Positions 28,028 through 38,303 of a stretch of 47,583 bases of DNA are shown in pieces. The position numbers and the translations under genes are program-made. Numbering within the stretch: the first letter of the stretch is position 1; the number at the start of each line of letters is the position of its first letter. The notes beneath the pieces are model-generated. The model was not told the origin of the DNA. It saw only the letters and a list, made by a program, of their open reading frames with translations, and did no database searches. The stretch is from Lysobacterales bacterium (GTDB lineage: Bacteria > Pseudomonadota > Gammaproteobacteria > Xanthomonadales > SZUA-5), in the NCBI GenBank assembly GCA_022844165.1, contig JALHMH010000037.1, forward strand, positions 1-47,583, read 5' to 3'.

Positions 28028-29458
28028 ATGAACGAATCGGTTGTGCCGAAGCCTTTGCCCACCCGGCGTCGGCGCATGACGATCGGGCGACGCTTGTTCT
28101 ACACGCATCTGCTCGTCGCCTTGCTCGTTGCCGTCGCGCTAGGTTCGTATTGGCATTTTGCCGCCGAATCCGAGCTGCGCGATGAAATCCGGACACGCCT
28201 TCGCGACAACGCTCAACTCACCGCTCAGGCGCTCGACAACCGCAATTGGGACGGAATCCATCGCCCCGCCGATGCCGAGACGCCCACCTATCAGGCACTT
28301 CTGAACAAGCTCCAGGCAATTGCGACGACGAATCCGAGCGTGACCCGACTGTTGGTTTTCCGCACGACCGATGGCGCTGTTGTGCTGGCCGATTCGGTGG
28401 GCGCCACGAGCGGGTACTCCCCGGGCGATCGACTCACATCGCTCGATCCCTTGACAGCACGGCTTGACAAGGAACCGCTCCTGGAATCGAAGCTGCCGCC
28501 GTTTAATGTGCTGTTGGCGATACCCGGCAATGCCGACTATGGCCTGGCGCTTCAGGTGCAAACCAATGACCTCGCGACCAAACTGCAGAAATTGCGCCTG
28601 AATTCCGCTGTTGCCTTTATTTTTGCGGTCGGGCTGGCACTGGCGATGAGCCTGTGGCTGGCGTCGTCGGCACGCGCGATTCTGGATCGTTTCCAGACAC
28701 GATTACGCGATATCGCGGATGGCAAGCCGGGACAGGCGCTGGATATCGACGTTGACGACGAGTTTTCGGATCTGGCCGTTGCCATCGACGACATGGCGAC
28801 GCGTCTTGATCTGTCTCAGCGCGAGCGTGAGCAAGCGTTACTGGATCTCAACGGCACACGTGAGCGCCTGGAGGACATGGTGCGCCAGCGCAGCGCAGAG
28901 CTGGACAAGCTCAACGTCATGCTGCGCAACGAGATCGAGCAGCGTTGCCAACTGGAAGCGGCGCTGGCTGAAGCTGCCGCGACCGATACGATGACGCTTT
29001 TGCTGAATCGACGCGGCATGGTCGAAGCACTCGACCACGCCGTCGAACAGGCAAAGCGACATCGGAATTCGTTCATCATTGCGATCGCCGATGTTGATCA
29101 TTTCAAACGCATCAACGATCAATACGGACACTCGGTGGGAGATCAGGTGTTGATTGCGCTGGGCCGACGGCTCAAGAACTCTCTTGGCCATAGCGACGTG
29201 GCAGCGCGCTGGGGCGGTGAGGAGTTTTTGTTGTTATGGCCGCGCATCAACATCACCGAAGCGGAACAACGCGCCAATGCGCTGCGCCAGGTGCTCGGGG
29301 AAGTGCCCATTTACCCGGGCGGCCCGCAGATCACTTTGAGTTTTGGCGTTGCCGAATTCACCGGCCTGGACAACCTGGACCGATGCATTAACCGCGCAGA
29401 CAAGGCGCTTTATCGTGCCAAACAGGACGGACGCAATCGCGTCATGGTTGCGGTTTAG
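28028..29458 (+). CDS. Membrane-bound HAMP-GGDEF diguanylate cyclase
   Basis: Two TM segments, HAMP (DEFSDLA), coiled coil, DHFKRINDQYGH, RWGGEEF, ALYRAKQDGRN. Confidence 0.92.
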   Translation: MNESVVPKPLPTRRRRMTIGRRLFYTHLLVALLVAVALGSYWHFAAESELRDEIRTRLRDNAQLTAQALDNRNWDGIHRPADAETPTYQALLNKLQAIATTNPSVTRLLVFRTTDGAVVLADSVGATSGYSPGDRLTSLDPLTARLDKEPLLESKLPPFNVLLAIPGNADYGLALQVQTNDLATKLQKLRLNSAVAFIFAVGLALAMSLWLASSARAILDRFQTRLRDIADGKPGQALDIDVDDEFSDLAVAIDDMATRLDLSQREREQALLDLNGTRERLEDMVRQRSAELDKLNVMLRNEIEQRCQLEAALAEAAATDTMTLLLNRRGMVEALDHAVEQAKRHRNSFIIAIADVDHFKRINDQYGHSVGDQVLIALGRRLKNSLGHSDVAARWGGEEFLLLWPRINITEAEQRANALRQVLGEVPIYPGGPQITLSFGVAEFTGLDNLDRCINRADKALYRAKQDGRNRVMVAV

Positions 29459-29553
29459 GATGATCCCAATGGCATTGCGCTACATCGGTATTTGAGCCGC
29501 GCACCGAGACAACGCTTGCCCCAAAGACCCGACCTGCGTTAAGTTTCGCGTCC

Positions 29554-29805
29554 ATGACGACTGCTGCCACCGACATCGCGCCAAAGAGCGCCATTGCTGA
29601 CTTTGAGAAGTCGCTGGACGAACTCGAGTCACTGGTCAACCGCATGGAAAAGGGCGACTTGACCTTGGAAGATTCGGTCAAAGCCTTCGAGCGCGGCATG
29701 TACTTGTATCAGAACTGCACCTTGGCGCTCGACGAGGCGGAACTGCGCGTTGACATGCTGCTTAAGGGTGGCGAACGCACACGTTTCGATCCGGAAACAC
29801 CGTAG
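29554..29805 (+). CDS. xseB: Exodeoxyribonuclease VII small subunit
   Basis: FEKSLDELESLV.RME.G.LTLEDS..AFERG; directly upstream of ispA. Confidence 0.96.
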   Translation: MTTAATDIAPKSAIADFEKSLDELESLVNRMEKGDLTLEDSVKAFERGMYLYQNCTLALDEAELRVDMLLKGGERTRFDPETP

Positions 29806-30699
29806 GTGTTTGCACTGGCCGAGCGTGCGCTGGCGCGAAGCGCCGAGCGCGCCGAACAAGCGCTCGCACTTGCCTTGCCCGGCGCGACGCAGCCGCCGGA
29901 AGTGCTGCATCGCGCGATGCGCTATAGCGTGCTCGGTGGCGGCAAACGGCTGCGCCCAGCGCTGGTCTACTGCACGGCGCAGGCGCTCGGTTGCGACGAC
30001 GCAGCGCTCGATGCACCGGCGATCGCGGTCGAGATCATCCACGCCTATTCGCTGATTCACGACGATTTGCCGGCGATGGACGACGACGCTCTGCGCCGCG
30101 GCAAGCCCACGTGCCATATCGCCTTTGGCGAAGCACTCGCGATTTTGGCAGGCGATGCTTTGCAGGCACTGGCTTTCGAAGTTCTTGCCAAAGAGCACGC
30201 CTGGCCTGCGGCGAATCAAATAGCGATGCTGCGCCGACTGGCCGCAGCCTGCGGCTCGCTGGGTATGGCGGGTGGCCAGGCAATCGATCTTTCCGCGGTA
30301 GGCAAGAGCCTGACTTTGCCTGAGCTTGAGCGCATGCACCGATTCAAAACCGGGGCCCTGATCCGATGCGCCGTCAATCTTGGAGCGTTGGCATCGGGTT
30401 TCGATGAGCAGCAACCGACGTTTCAATCTCTCGACGCCTACGCCGACGAGCTGGGCATTGCGTTTCAAATTCACGATGACGTACTGGATGTCGTTGGCAT
30501 CACCGCAGTGATCGGCAAGCCGCAAGGCTCCGACCAGCTCAGCGGCAAACCAACCTATCCGGCCATCATCGGATTGGACGCGTCGCGGGACTTGGCGCGA
30601 ACGCACGCCGATCGGGCTATCGCTGCGCTGGCGTCTTTTGGCCGCGAGGCAGACACGCTGCGCGCGCTGGCGCGATATGTGGTGGAACGAGAAACTTAG
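29806..30699 (+). CDS. ispA: Farnesyl diphosphate synthase
   Basis: GGKRLRP, HDDLPAMDDD.LRRGKPT, GGQAID, KTG, FQIHDDVLD; GTG start is approximate. Confidence 0.95.
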   Translation: MFALAERALARSAERAEQALALALPGATQPPEVLHRAMRYSVLGGGKRLRPALVYCTAQALGCDDAALDAPAIAVEIIHAYSLIHDDLPAMDDDALRRGKPTCHIAFGEALAILAGDALQALAFEVLAKEHAWPAANQIAMLRRLAAACGSLGMAGGQAIDLSAVGKSLTLPELERMHRFKTGALIRCAVNLGALASGFDEQQPTFQSLDAYADELGIAFQIHDDVLDVVGITAVIGKPQGSDQLSGKPTYPAIIGLDASRDLARTHADRAIAALASFGREADTLRALARYVVERET

Positions 30700-30809
30700 C
30701 GAGGCTTCGCCTCAGACCGACGAGCATTGCTGGATTCGTCCGACAGCGTGCAACCTCGCTCACCGCATCGGCTAGACTGGCGACCTGAGTCCAACAGCCG
30801 GGAGGCGTT

Positions 30810-31865
30810 ATGCGCATTGGTGTACCGAAAGAGACCAAAACTTTGGAAGGCCGCATCGCGCTGGTACCGGCTGCCTGCGGCGATCTGGTGCGTGCCGGGC
30901 ACGAGGTGTACATCGAGTCCGGCGCAGGCATCAAGAGCGGTTTTGTCGATGAGGCGTTCACCAAAGTCGGCGTCAAAATTGCCCCGGATGCCGCCGCACT
31001 GTACGAAAAGGGCGAGTTGATCGTCAAAGTCAAAGAACCGATCGCCGGGGATTTATCGCACCTGAAATCGCACCACCTGCTGTTCTGCTATCTGCACCTG
31101 GCGCCAGAGCCGGAACTGACCAAACGCCTGCTCGATATTGGCCTTTGTGGTGTGGCGTTTGAGAGCGTCGAAGATGATCAGGGCGGATTGCCGCTGCTGG
31201 CACCGATGAGCGTGATCGCGGGGCGAATTGCGGTACAGGTGGGTACACACTTGTTGCATCAGCCAGCCGGTGGCAAAGGCATTTTGCTCGGTGGTTTGCC
31301 CGCTGCGGAACGGGGCAAAGTCGTCGTACTGGGCGCCGGTGCTGCCGGTGGCAACTCGGCATCGCTGGCCGCAGCGATGGGTGCGCAGGTGGTGGTGTTT
31401 GATAAACGCCCGGATCGCCTGGAGCAGATGATGGCGCTCGGTGCCAACGTCACCGCGCTGTATCCCTATGAGAGTTATGTTGCGCGCGAAGTGGCGACGG
31501 CCGATATGGTTGTTGGCGCCGTTCTGGTGCCCAGCGCCCGCGCCCCGCGTGTCGTCACCACCGAGATGATCAAGTCGATGGAACCAGGTAGCGTCATCGT
31601 CGATATTTCCATCGATCAGGGCGGGTGCGTGGAGGGCATACGCCCAACCACATACGCTGCGCCGACCTATGTCGAACACGGCGTCACCCATTTCGCTGTC
31701 ACCAATATGCCGGGCGCCGTGCCGCAAACTTCCAGTCAGGCAATCTCGGCTGCGATTCTGCCGTACACGATGCGCCTGGCCAGCGGCAATTGGCGCGACT
31801 ACGAACCGCTCAAGCGCGGCATCAACGTCGACGCAGGCAAGGTGGTGCATCCGGCGTTGCTCTAG
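30810..31865 (+). CDS. ald: Alanine dehydrogenase
   Basis: GGAGG RBS; MRIGVPKE, VKVKEP, YLHLA, LLAPMS, IDQGGC, NMPGAVP. Confidence 0.96.
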   Translation: MRIGVPKETKTLEGRIALVPAACGDLVRAGHEVYIESGAGIKSGFVDEAFTKVGVKIAPDAAALYEKGELIVKVKEPIAGDLSHLKSHHLLFCYLHLAPEPELTKRLLDIGLCGVAFESVEDDQGGLPLLAPMSVIAGRIAVQVGTHLLHQPAGGKGILLGGLPAAERGKVVVLGAGAAGGNSASLAAAMGAQVVVFDKRPDRLEQMMALGANVTALYPYESYVAREVATADMVVGAVLVPSARAPRVVTTEMIKSMEPGSVIVDISIDQGGCVEGIRPTTYAAPTYVEHGVTHFAVTNMPGAVPQTSSQAISAAILPYTMRLASGNWRDYEPLKRGINVDAGKVVHPALL

Positions 31866-31888
31866 CAGGCTGTTTCTCAACAGCCTGC
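31865..31888. terminator. Hairpin between the convergent ald and permease genes
   Basis: gcaggctgtt-tctc-aacagcctgc, 10-bp perfect stem, no clear U-tract. Confidence 0.55.
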
Positions 31889-31960
31889 CAGTGGCGTTGC
31901 GGTCCTCGCGGCTCGATGCGATGCGGGCGTATCGCAATACGGTCGTGTCGTTCCGTAACG

Positions 31961-34321
31961 TCACTCCCGTGTCTTCAATACTTCGATCAAATCCAACTGC
32001 CGCACGCGCCACGCGACGATCGCCGCTGCGGCACTTGCGGCGATCAGGATGACCAGTGTCGCACTGCCATAGGTCGCTGCGGACAAATACCCCGGTACGC
32101 GATACAGCTCGCTTTGCAGACCCGCCGAAATCACTTGCGCCAGCGCGTAGCCGACGATCCAGCCTGCGGGGATGGCAAGCAAAGTCAGTATCGCCAACTC
32201 GCCAATCAGCACATACGCGACTTCACCTCGGGTGAAGCCCAGCACGCGCATGGATGCCAGTTCACGGCCACGCTCGGAGAGATGGATGCGCGCGGTGTTG
32301 TACAGCACGCCAAACGCGATCAGGCCTGCAAGCAAGGTGGCGATGCCAGTGAAGATCAGCAGACTCTCTGCCATGGTGTCGTAGAAGTTCTGGATGGCCG
32401 CTTTGCGCGCGCCAACGCTGGCGACGTGCGGGCGTTCCTCCAACAGCGCGAACAACGCCGTTTGTGCTGGCGGATCGATATCCAGCAGCACGTGCGTCAG
32501 CAGCTCGCCATCGGCGAGCGCCCGATTGAGCGCATCGAGTTCCATGTACGCGGCAATACCAATCGCTTCGGAAACGGTGCCGGCGACGGGCAACCCAACC
32601 ACCTGCCGGGCGCCTTGCTGCACCTCAATGATGACGCGATCGCCGCGCGCCACACCCAACATGCCGGCCAGATAGTCGGTGAGCAGCAGGCCATTCGCTG
32701 GCGGCGCCACCGGGGCGCCGTCCGCATCCAGCACACGCTTAAGACGGGCATTCGCGGGCAGTCCTTCAAGCACCGTCAACACACTGCGCGGCCCGGCGCG
32801 CAGACGCACACCAAGGGAACGCAGCGGCTCGGCATGTTGTACGCCAGGCAGTGCAGCGATCTCGATCAACGCATCGCGGCCGCGTGGCTCGTTGAAGCTC
32901 ACGGATAAATCGTTGCGCTGGGCGAGCGCGAACTGGCGATCGACCATGAAGTTCAGTGCATCTTGTTGGAACATGCCGATGGTCAGGACGCCGGAAGCCA
33001 GCGCAATCCCGAGTACGGTGAACAGCGCTTTGCGTCGGCGACGCGACAAATTGCGCAGAATCATGCGCGTTGGTTGGTCGAGCCAGCGGCTCGGCAATGC
33101 CCGTTCGAGCAAGGAGCGCGAGAAACGCCCCGGTGATTCCGGGCGCATCGCTTCTGCAGGCGGCAAGACAATCGCAGCGCGCAATGATATCGCGCCACCC
33201 AGCACAGCCGCTGCCGTTGCGATGCCCAGCGCAGCGAATACGGCACTCGGTGCAAGCACAAAGTCCAGATACGGAAATCGGTAAAAGCTCATGTACAAAC
33301 CGCCCAACATGCGCCCGAGCCAAACCCCTCCCAGCACGCCGCAGGCGCTTCCGAGCGCAACAATGCTCATCACCATGGCCGTGTAATGCGCGCCGATCTG
33401 AGTGTTGCGGTATCCGAAGGCCTTGAGGATCGCGATCTGATCCCGCTGGGTGGCGATCAAACGCGAGAACACCACATTCAGCAGGAACGCGGCCACGGTC
33501 ATAAACACGGCGGGAAACACCGTTGCCATGGTTTTGAGCTGATCGAATTCTGCGCTCAGAAATTTGTGCGAAAGCTGATCCTCGCGCTCGATGGCGCCCA
33601 AACCCCCGTATAGATCCAGCAGAGGATCGAGCCGCTCGACGACCTCTCGCCCATTGGCACCCGGCGCCAGGGTCAACGCAACGCTGTTAAACGCGCCGTC
33701 CATCCCGTATGCCGCCTCGACTGCACGCCTTGAACCCCAGGCCACCACATAACGCTTGAAATCCGGGAAGGCGGCGCCCGCCTGAATTTGATAGACGTAC
33801 TCTGGCGAGATGGCGATGCCAACGATACGAAATGGCTGCAAACGGCCGTTGACGACGGCGCTCAGGTTTGCGCCGGGCAATAATTGCTGCGCGGTTGCGA
33901 ACGCTTCGCTGACGACGATTTCGTCGAGCGCATATGCCGCCGGCATTCGCCCAGTGCGAAGGTACAACCGGTTGAGGGGCTTGGGGCCATCCTCCGGTAT
34001 GGAAATCAACAGTCCACGAATCGGGTCGTCGAACCCCTCCAGACGCACACGCATCGGCGCTCGGATGGACAACTCCACTTCGCCCACACCATCGATCGCT
34101 TCAATGTCCTGGCCGATCGAAAGCGGCGCCCGTTTCAGGTGCGAAAACACATCGGCAAAACGATACTCGCGATAGAAACGGTCGCGCGTGGCGACCAGCG
34201 AATCCAGATTCGAAATCGCCATCAAGTAGGTGGCGATGCCGCTGGCCATCACGAGCACGATCGCCAACACCTGCCCACGCAGATGCCAAAGATCGCGGAT
34301 CAGTTTTTTGTTCAGGACCAT
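31961..34321 (-). CDS. MacB/FtsX-type ABC transporter permease (786 aa)
   Basis: KKLIRDLW N-terminus; two FtsX halves (QIAILKAFGY, RELASMRVLGF). The upstream ORF extension to 34690 is spurious. Confidence 0.9.
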   Translation of the reverse strand: MVLNKKLIRDLWHLRGQVLAIVLVMASGIATYLMAISNLDSLVATRDRFYREYRFADVFSHLKRAPLSIGQDIEAIDGVGEVELSIRAPMRVRLEGFDDPIRGLLISIPEDGPKPLNRLYLRTGRMPAAYALDEIVVSEAFATAQQLLPGANLSAVVNGRLQPFRIVGIAISPEYVYQIQAGAAFPDFKRYVVAWGSRRAVEAAYGMDGAFNSVALTLAPGANGREVVERLDPLLDLYGGLGAIEREDQLSHKFLSAEFDQLKTMATVFPAVFMTVAAFLLNVVFSRLIATQRDQIAILKAFGYRNTQIGAHYTAMVMSIVALGSACGVLGGVWLGRMLGGLYMSFYRFPYLDFVLAPSAVFAALGIATAAAVLGGAISLRAAIVLPPAEAMRPESPGRFSRSLLERALPSRWLDQPTRMILRNLSRRRRKALFTVLGIALASGVLTIGMFQQDALNFMVDRQFALAQRNDLSVSFNEPRGRDALIEIAALPGVQHAEPLRSLGVRLRAGPRSVLTVLEGLPANARLKRVLDADGAPVAPPANGLLLTDYLAGMLGVARGDRVIIEVQQGARQVVGLPVAGTVSEAIGIAAYMELDALNRALADGELLTHVLLDIDPPAQTALFALLEERPHVASVGARKAAIQNFYDTMAESLLIFTGIATLLAGLIAFGVLYNTARIHLSERGRELASMRVLGFTRGEVAYVLIGELAILTLLAIPAGWIVGYALAQVISAGLQSELYRVPGYLSAATYGSATLVILIAASAAAAIVAWRVRQLDLIEVLKTRE

Positions 34322-34471
34322 GGATTGAGTGTAGTGCTTCTCGGAAAACGAAACGACACTCGGCGTTTCTCTCTCTGCTCGTCTGTCGGATTGCTGGTCT
34401 TCCTGGCGCATGCCTGTGACATTCGACCGTGTATCTTCAACCTTCGAACCACGCCTTCCAAAGCGCGAACC

Positions 34472-36478
34472 ATGCGAACCGCCTTGCCTGCTGCCATTCT
34501 CACACTCACCGCTTGCGCCACACAGGAGCCTGCTTCCATGTCCGATCGTATCACCGCACCCTACGGCAGTTGGCCGAGCCCGATCGGCGCCGCGAGTCTG
34601 GCGGAAGCGGGGGTAGCGATGAGCGACTTGCGCGTGCATGGGAGTGACGTGTACTGGCGCGAAAGCCGACCGAAGGAACGCGGTCGGCAAGTGCTGATGC
34701 GACTACGCGGGGGCTCGATCGAAGAGCTCACACCAGCCGATTTCAACGTGCGCACGCGGGTCCACGAGTACGGCGGTAACTCGTACGTGGTGTTCGATAG
34801 CGGTATCGTGTTCGCCAACTTCGCCGATCAGCGCTTGTACTTTCAAAGCGACACGACCGCCCCTGTGCCGATCACGCCAAGCGACTTTCAGTACGCTGAC
34901 GGCACTGTCGACCTGGCGAATCGACGCATGCTTTGGGTACGCGAAGACCATCGACCCAGCACCAAAGCAGCCAACGGCGAGGAGCGCAACGAAATCGTCG
35001 CGCTACCGCTGCCACCGAGCGACGAAAATGCCGGTGCGGTGCTGGTCACCGGCAGCGATTTTGTCGCCCATCCGCGGCTAACCACCGACGGCAAACAACT
35101 GGCCTGGATCGAATGGAACCATCCGTCGATGCCCTGGGATCGCACTCGCCTGAAAACCGCAACGCTCGACGATGTGCAACTCCATGACGTCACGACACTG
35201 ATCGATGATGCGAAGATCGCCGCACTCGAACCCAGTTTCGTCGGCGGCGAGTTGTATGCGGTCGCCGATGTTGGCGACTGGTGGAATCTGTATCGCTGGC
35301 GCGACGGCCAGCGCTCGGAAGTAACGCCCATGGCTCGCGAGTGGTCCGGGCCGTTGTGGCAACTGGGTACGCAGAGCTTCGACGTGAATACACGCGGCGA
35401 GATCGTCGCGCGCACCAGCAAAGCTGCCGTCGATGAATTGGGCATCGTGAAACCGGACGGAGGCTATCGACGCCTGGATTTGCCTTACCAGAGTTTCGGT
35501 GAAGTCGCATGGCGCGACGACAAGACAGTCGTGGCATTCGCCAATGCGGCAGACGATACCGGCGCTCTGATCGAAATCGACGTCGCCAGCGGAACGCATC
35601 GGGTTGTGCACCAGCCATCGACCCTCCCCGTCGAAAGACGCTTTTTGTCGGTACCCACAGCCATCGAGTTCCCATCCAAGGCCGGCAATGCTCACGCGTG
35701 GTTCTATCCGCCGACGCATCCCACGCACCAAGGACCGAGCGGCACCAAACCGCCGCTGATTGTCACGATCCACGGCGGACCAACGTCGGTATCCAAGGCA
35801 ACCCTGAACCTCTCGCGTCAATACTGGACCAGCCGCGGTTTTGCGCTGGTGGATGTCAACTATGGCGGCTCGACAAGCTACGGGCGTGCTTATCGTGAAC
35901 GCCTGAACGGCCAATGGGGCATCGTCGATGTCGACGACGCGATTGCAGCCGTGGACTATCTGGTCGCGCAGGGTTTAGTCGACGAAGGCAAAGTGGCAAT
36001 ACGCGGCGGCAGCGCTGGCGGTTTCACGACGTTGGCTGCGCTGGCTTTTCACGATCGCTTCAAAGCGGGCACCAATCTGTATGGCGTCGCGGACATCGCA
36101 GGACTGGCGGCCACCAGTCACAAGTTCGAACGCAAGTACGATGTGTCGCTGGTCGGCGAACCCAACGAAGCGCTGTATCGCGCCCGTTCGCCGATCTTCC
36201 ATCTCGAGGGATTCACCGAACCGCTGCTCACCTTGCAGGGCAGCGAAGACAAAGTCGTACCGCCCGAACAGTCGCGCATGATTGTCGCTGCGCTCGAAGA
36301 ACGAGGAGTACCGCATGCGTACATCGAGTTTGCTGGCGAACAACACGGATTCCGCCAAGCCGGAAACATCATTCGCGCACAGGAGGCGGAGCTGTACTTC
36401 TACTCGCAGATTTTCGGTTTCGAGCTGTCCGAAGCGATTGAGCCGGTGGAGATTCGGCGTTGGCCGCGGGGAGGGTGA
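34472..36478 (+). CDS. S9 family (prolyl oligopeptidase-like) peptidase, probable lipoprotein
   Basis: LTAC lipobox; APYGSWPSPI; HGGPT; GGSAGG; EDKVVP; EQHGF. Confidence 0.93.
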   Translation: MRTALPAAILTLTACATQEPASMSDRITAPYGSWPSPIGAASLAEAGVAMSDLRVHGSDVYWRESRPKERGRQVLMRLRGGSIEELTPADFNVRTRVHEYGGNSYVVFDSGIVFANFADQRLYFQSDTTAPVPITPSDFQYADGTVDLANRRMLWVREDHRPSTKAANGEERNEIVALPLPPSDENAGAVLVTGSDFVAHPRLTTDGKQLAWIEWNHPSMPWDRTRLKTATLDDVQLHDVTTLIDDAKIAALEPSFVGGELYAVADVGDWWNLYRWRDGQRSEVTPMAREWSGPLWQLGTQSFDVNTRGEIVARTSKAAVDELGIVKPDGGYRRLDLPYQSFGEVAWRDDKTVVAFANAADDTGALIEIDVASGTHRVVHQPSTLPVERRFLSVPTAIEFPSKAGNAHAWFYPPTHPTHQGPSGTKPPLIVTIHGGPTSVSKATLNLSRQYWTSRGFALVDVNYGGSTSYGRAYRERLNGQWGIVDVDDAIAAVDYLVAQGLVDEGKVAIRGGSAGGFTTLAALAFHDRFKAGTNLYGVADIAGLAATSHKFERKYDVSLVGEPNEALYRARSPIFHLEGFTEPLLTLQGSEDKVVPPEQSRMIVAALEERGVPHAYIEFAGEQHGFRQAGNIIRAQEAELYFYSQIFGFELSEAIEPVEIRRWPRGG

Positions 36479-36550
36479 ACCTGGAGTTCTTACGGGCGTT
36501 TGTAGCACTAACGGGTCAAAAGAAACGCCGCATACCGCAATGCGACCTCA

Positions 36551-36655
36551 ATGCAGCGTTCTTTCAGAACGCATCGAAAATCGCATCCCTAACCCAGGGT
36601 TGCACCCTGGGACGCACCGCCGACACCATTCCTGCGTTCTGAAGGAACGCCGCAT
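36551..36655. repeat. Composite palindromic element (REP/REPIN- or MITE-like)
   Basis: 23-bp inverted arms at 36551-36573 and 36633-36655 (2 mismatches), each self-palindromic, around cccagggt-tgc-accctggg (36593-36611). Confidence 0.75.
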
Positions 36656-36904
36656 AGCACTTAGATGCGCCGCACGCTACTGCTAACGACATTACTGCTG
36701 GTCGGAAGCGGAGCAATCGCGACGATTGCTGCTGTGCATCAGGCGGCGCGGCAACAGTTGCGCAACATCGCCGCGCCAATGAGATCTGTGGCCTCTATGA
36801 CGTACCGCCGGATGCAGGCATCTGGCGCGAAAAACCCAGTACTTCGGTCTGCTCAGCAGCTGACACGCCGCAAGGCCAAAACGCCGTTGCGATTGTTGTA
36901 CGAA

Positions 36905-37282
36905 CTACTCGGCTCGCCGCTTCATGTGTGAGCTCACACGCAACGGTGGCTCGTAAGGCTCGGGCCAATAGTCGGTGACTGCAACAATTCTGGATCCGTC
37001 GAGTTCAAAGATCGAAATGCCGACGACGACTTCGGCACCGATCGCAAAATCGATGACGCAAACTGCGCTTGCTTCTTCGCAGATCAACTTTTGGATCGTG
37101 GCTGTCCAAGCGCCCGGCCAGGTGCGGAACATATCGAGATAGCCCTCGCCAGACTCGATGTACTCGCGTGTCTGAGGTACCTCATACCGCAGCGCGGGAT
37201 CCAGGAGACGCGCAAAGTTCGACCAGTCCCGGTGATTGGCGAAGGCCCAGTGTTGCTGAATGATCTCGCGAGCGGTACTCAT
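36905..37282 (-). CDS. NTF2-like / SnoaL-like protein
   Basis: 125 aa; N.RDW..F..LL, PQTRE.I, DYWPEPYEPP. Confidence 0.8.
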   Translation of the reverse strand: MSTAREIIQQHWAFANHRDWSNFARLLDPALRYEVPQTREYIESGEGYLDMFRTWPGAWTATIQKLICEEASAVCVIDFAIGAEVVVGISIFELDGSRIVAVTDYWPEPYEPPLRVSSHMKRRAE

Positions 37283-37564
37283 GTTCGTGCGTCGATTCAA
37301 TACAGTGATGCGCGGAGCTGTATCAAGACTATACCGCCGCCTGCATCACGGGTTGCCTGGCACTGATCCCTACTTCCTCAGCTCCCCGCGCAAAAACTAC
37401 ACGCTCTCGAACGCCGCGCACTCGAAGACGAATTTCCGGCCCGGCGGCACAGCGGCAGGTCGTTCGGATCGGCACACGCGTTTCGTGTAAGCGCCGGTCC
37501 TCAGCTGGCTACAAAAGCCAAAGCCGCTCGAAGAAACAGAGTCATTTGTCGAGATCCGGCTCCG

Positions 37565-38197
37565 TCAAAGGCTATGGGGCGCCCCACCGGATAATTTGCT
37601 CGCGATCGACATCAGGCGCAATACGCACGTCAATGCCGAGCCAAGCACGATCACCGCCAGCGTTGTCGGCAAAACCATCGTCGTCGCCAGCCAGCTCTGC
37701 TCGATGGCCGCGAGAATCAGTCCCAGCGTCATCACCGCCATTCGGTGCGGTTTGGCTTGCGGGCCGCGAAAATCTTGTGGGTACCCGAGCGATCCTCCAA
37801 GCAGTCGAATGTAAGCCGTGAATGCCGCCAGCAACGCGGCCAACCAGCCCACCCAGCCCAGTCCAGCGGCATAACCCAGAGCAACCAGGAAAACACTGTC
37901 TGCAATCCGATCCGGCACTTCGTTATACAAAACGCCCGTCGCCGTGCCTTTTTTGCCTTCCACCGCAACCATGCCATCGAGCAGATTACACAGCAGGCGC
38001 AGTTGTACGCACAGCGCGCAAAAGACAAATGTGACCGGCGATGGCCACTTCGCGATCGCCGCCGCGCCGATCGTCGCAAATACGATGCTCAGGACCGAGA
38101 TTTGGTTCGGCGTGATCGGCGTTGCGGTCAATGCGCGCGCCAGGGCCCATGCCCACGCAGTGCTGCGCGACTTGAGCGGGCGGCGAGCATCGGTCAT
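37565..38197 (-). CDS. CDP-alcohol phosphatidyltransferase family protein
   Basis: ITPNQIS; NLLDGMVA...G...NEVPDRIAD signature. Confidence 0.92.
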   Translation of the reverse strand: MTDARRPLKSRSTAWAWALARALTATPITPNQISVLSIVFATIGAAAIAKWPSPVTFVFCALCVQLRLLCNLLDGMVAVEGKKGTATGVLYNEVPDRIADSVFLVALGYAAGLGWVGWLAALLAAFTAYIRLLGGSLGYPQDFRGPQAKPHRMAVMTLGLILAAIEQSWLATTMVLPTTLAVIVLGSALTCVLRLMSIASKLSGGAPHSL

Positions 38198-38303
38198 TGG
38201 CGGCGTCCTGTACTTGTACGAGCTGAGTCGATGCTATCGCGCCTGCTCGCGAAGTGCCGCCATCTCTGCGATAAAGCAGCAATCTCTACTGTCCGCCTGA
38301 CCG

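Noticed and set aside
33884-34690. Apparent long overlap of the permease and peptidase ORFs
   Set aside because: An artefact of earliest-start calling. The plausible starts at 34321 (minus) and 34472 (plus) leave a 150-bp divergent gap.
36400-36430. QIFGFE near the S9 peptidase C-terminus as a fourth copy of the tag
   Set aside because: It lacks the Asp and the two-residue spacer, and lies at the end of the catalytic domain's last helix.
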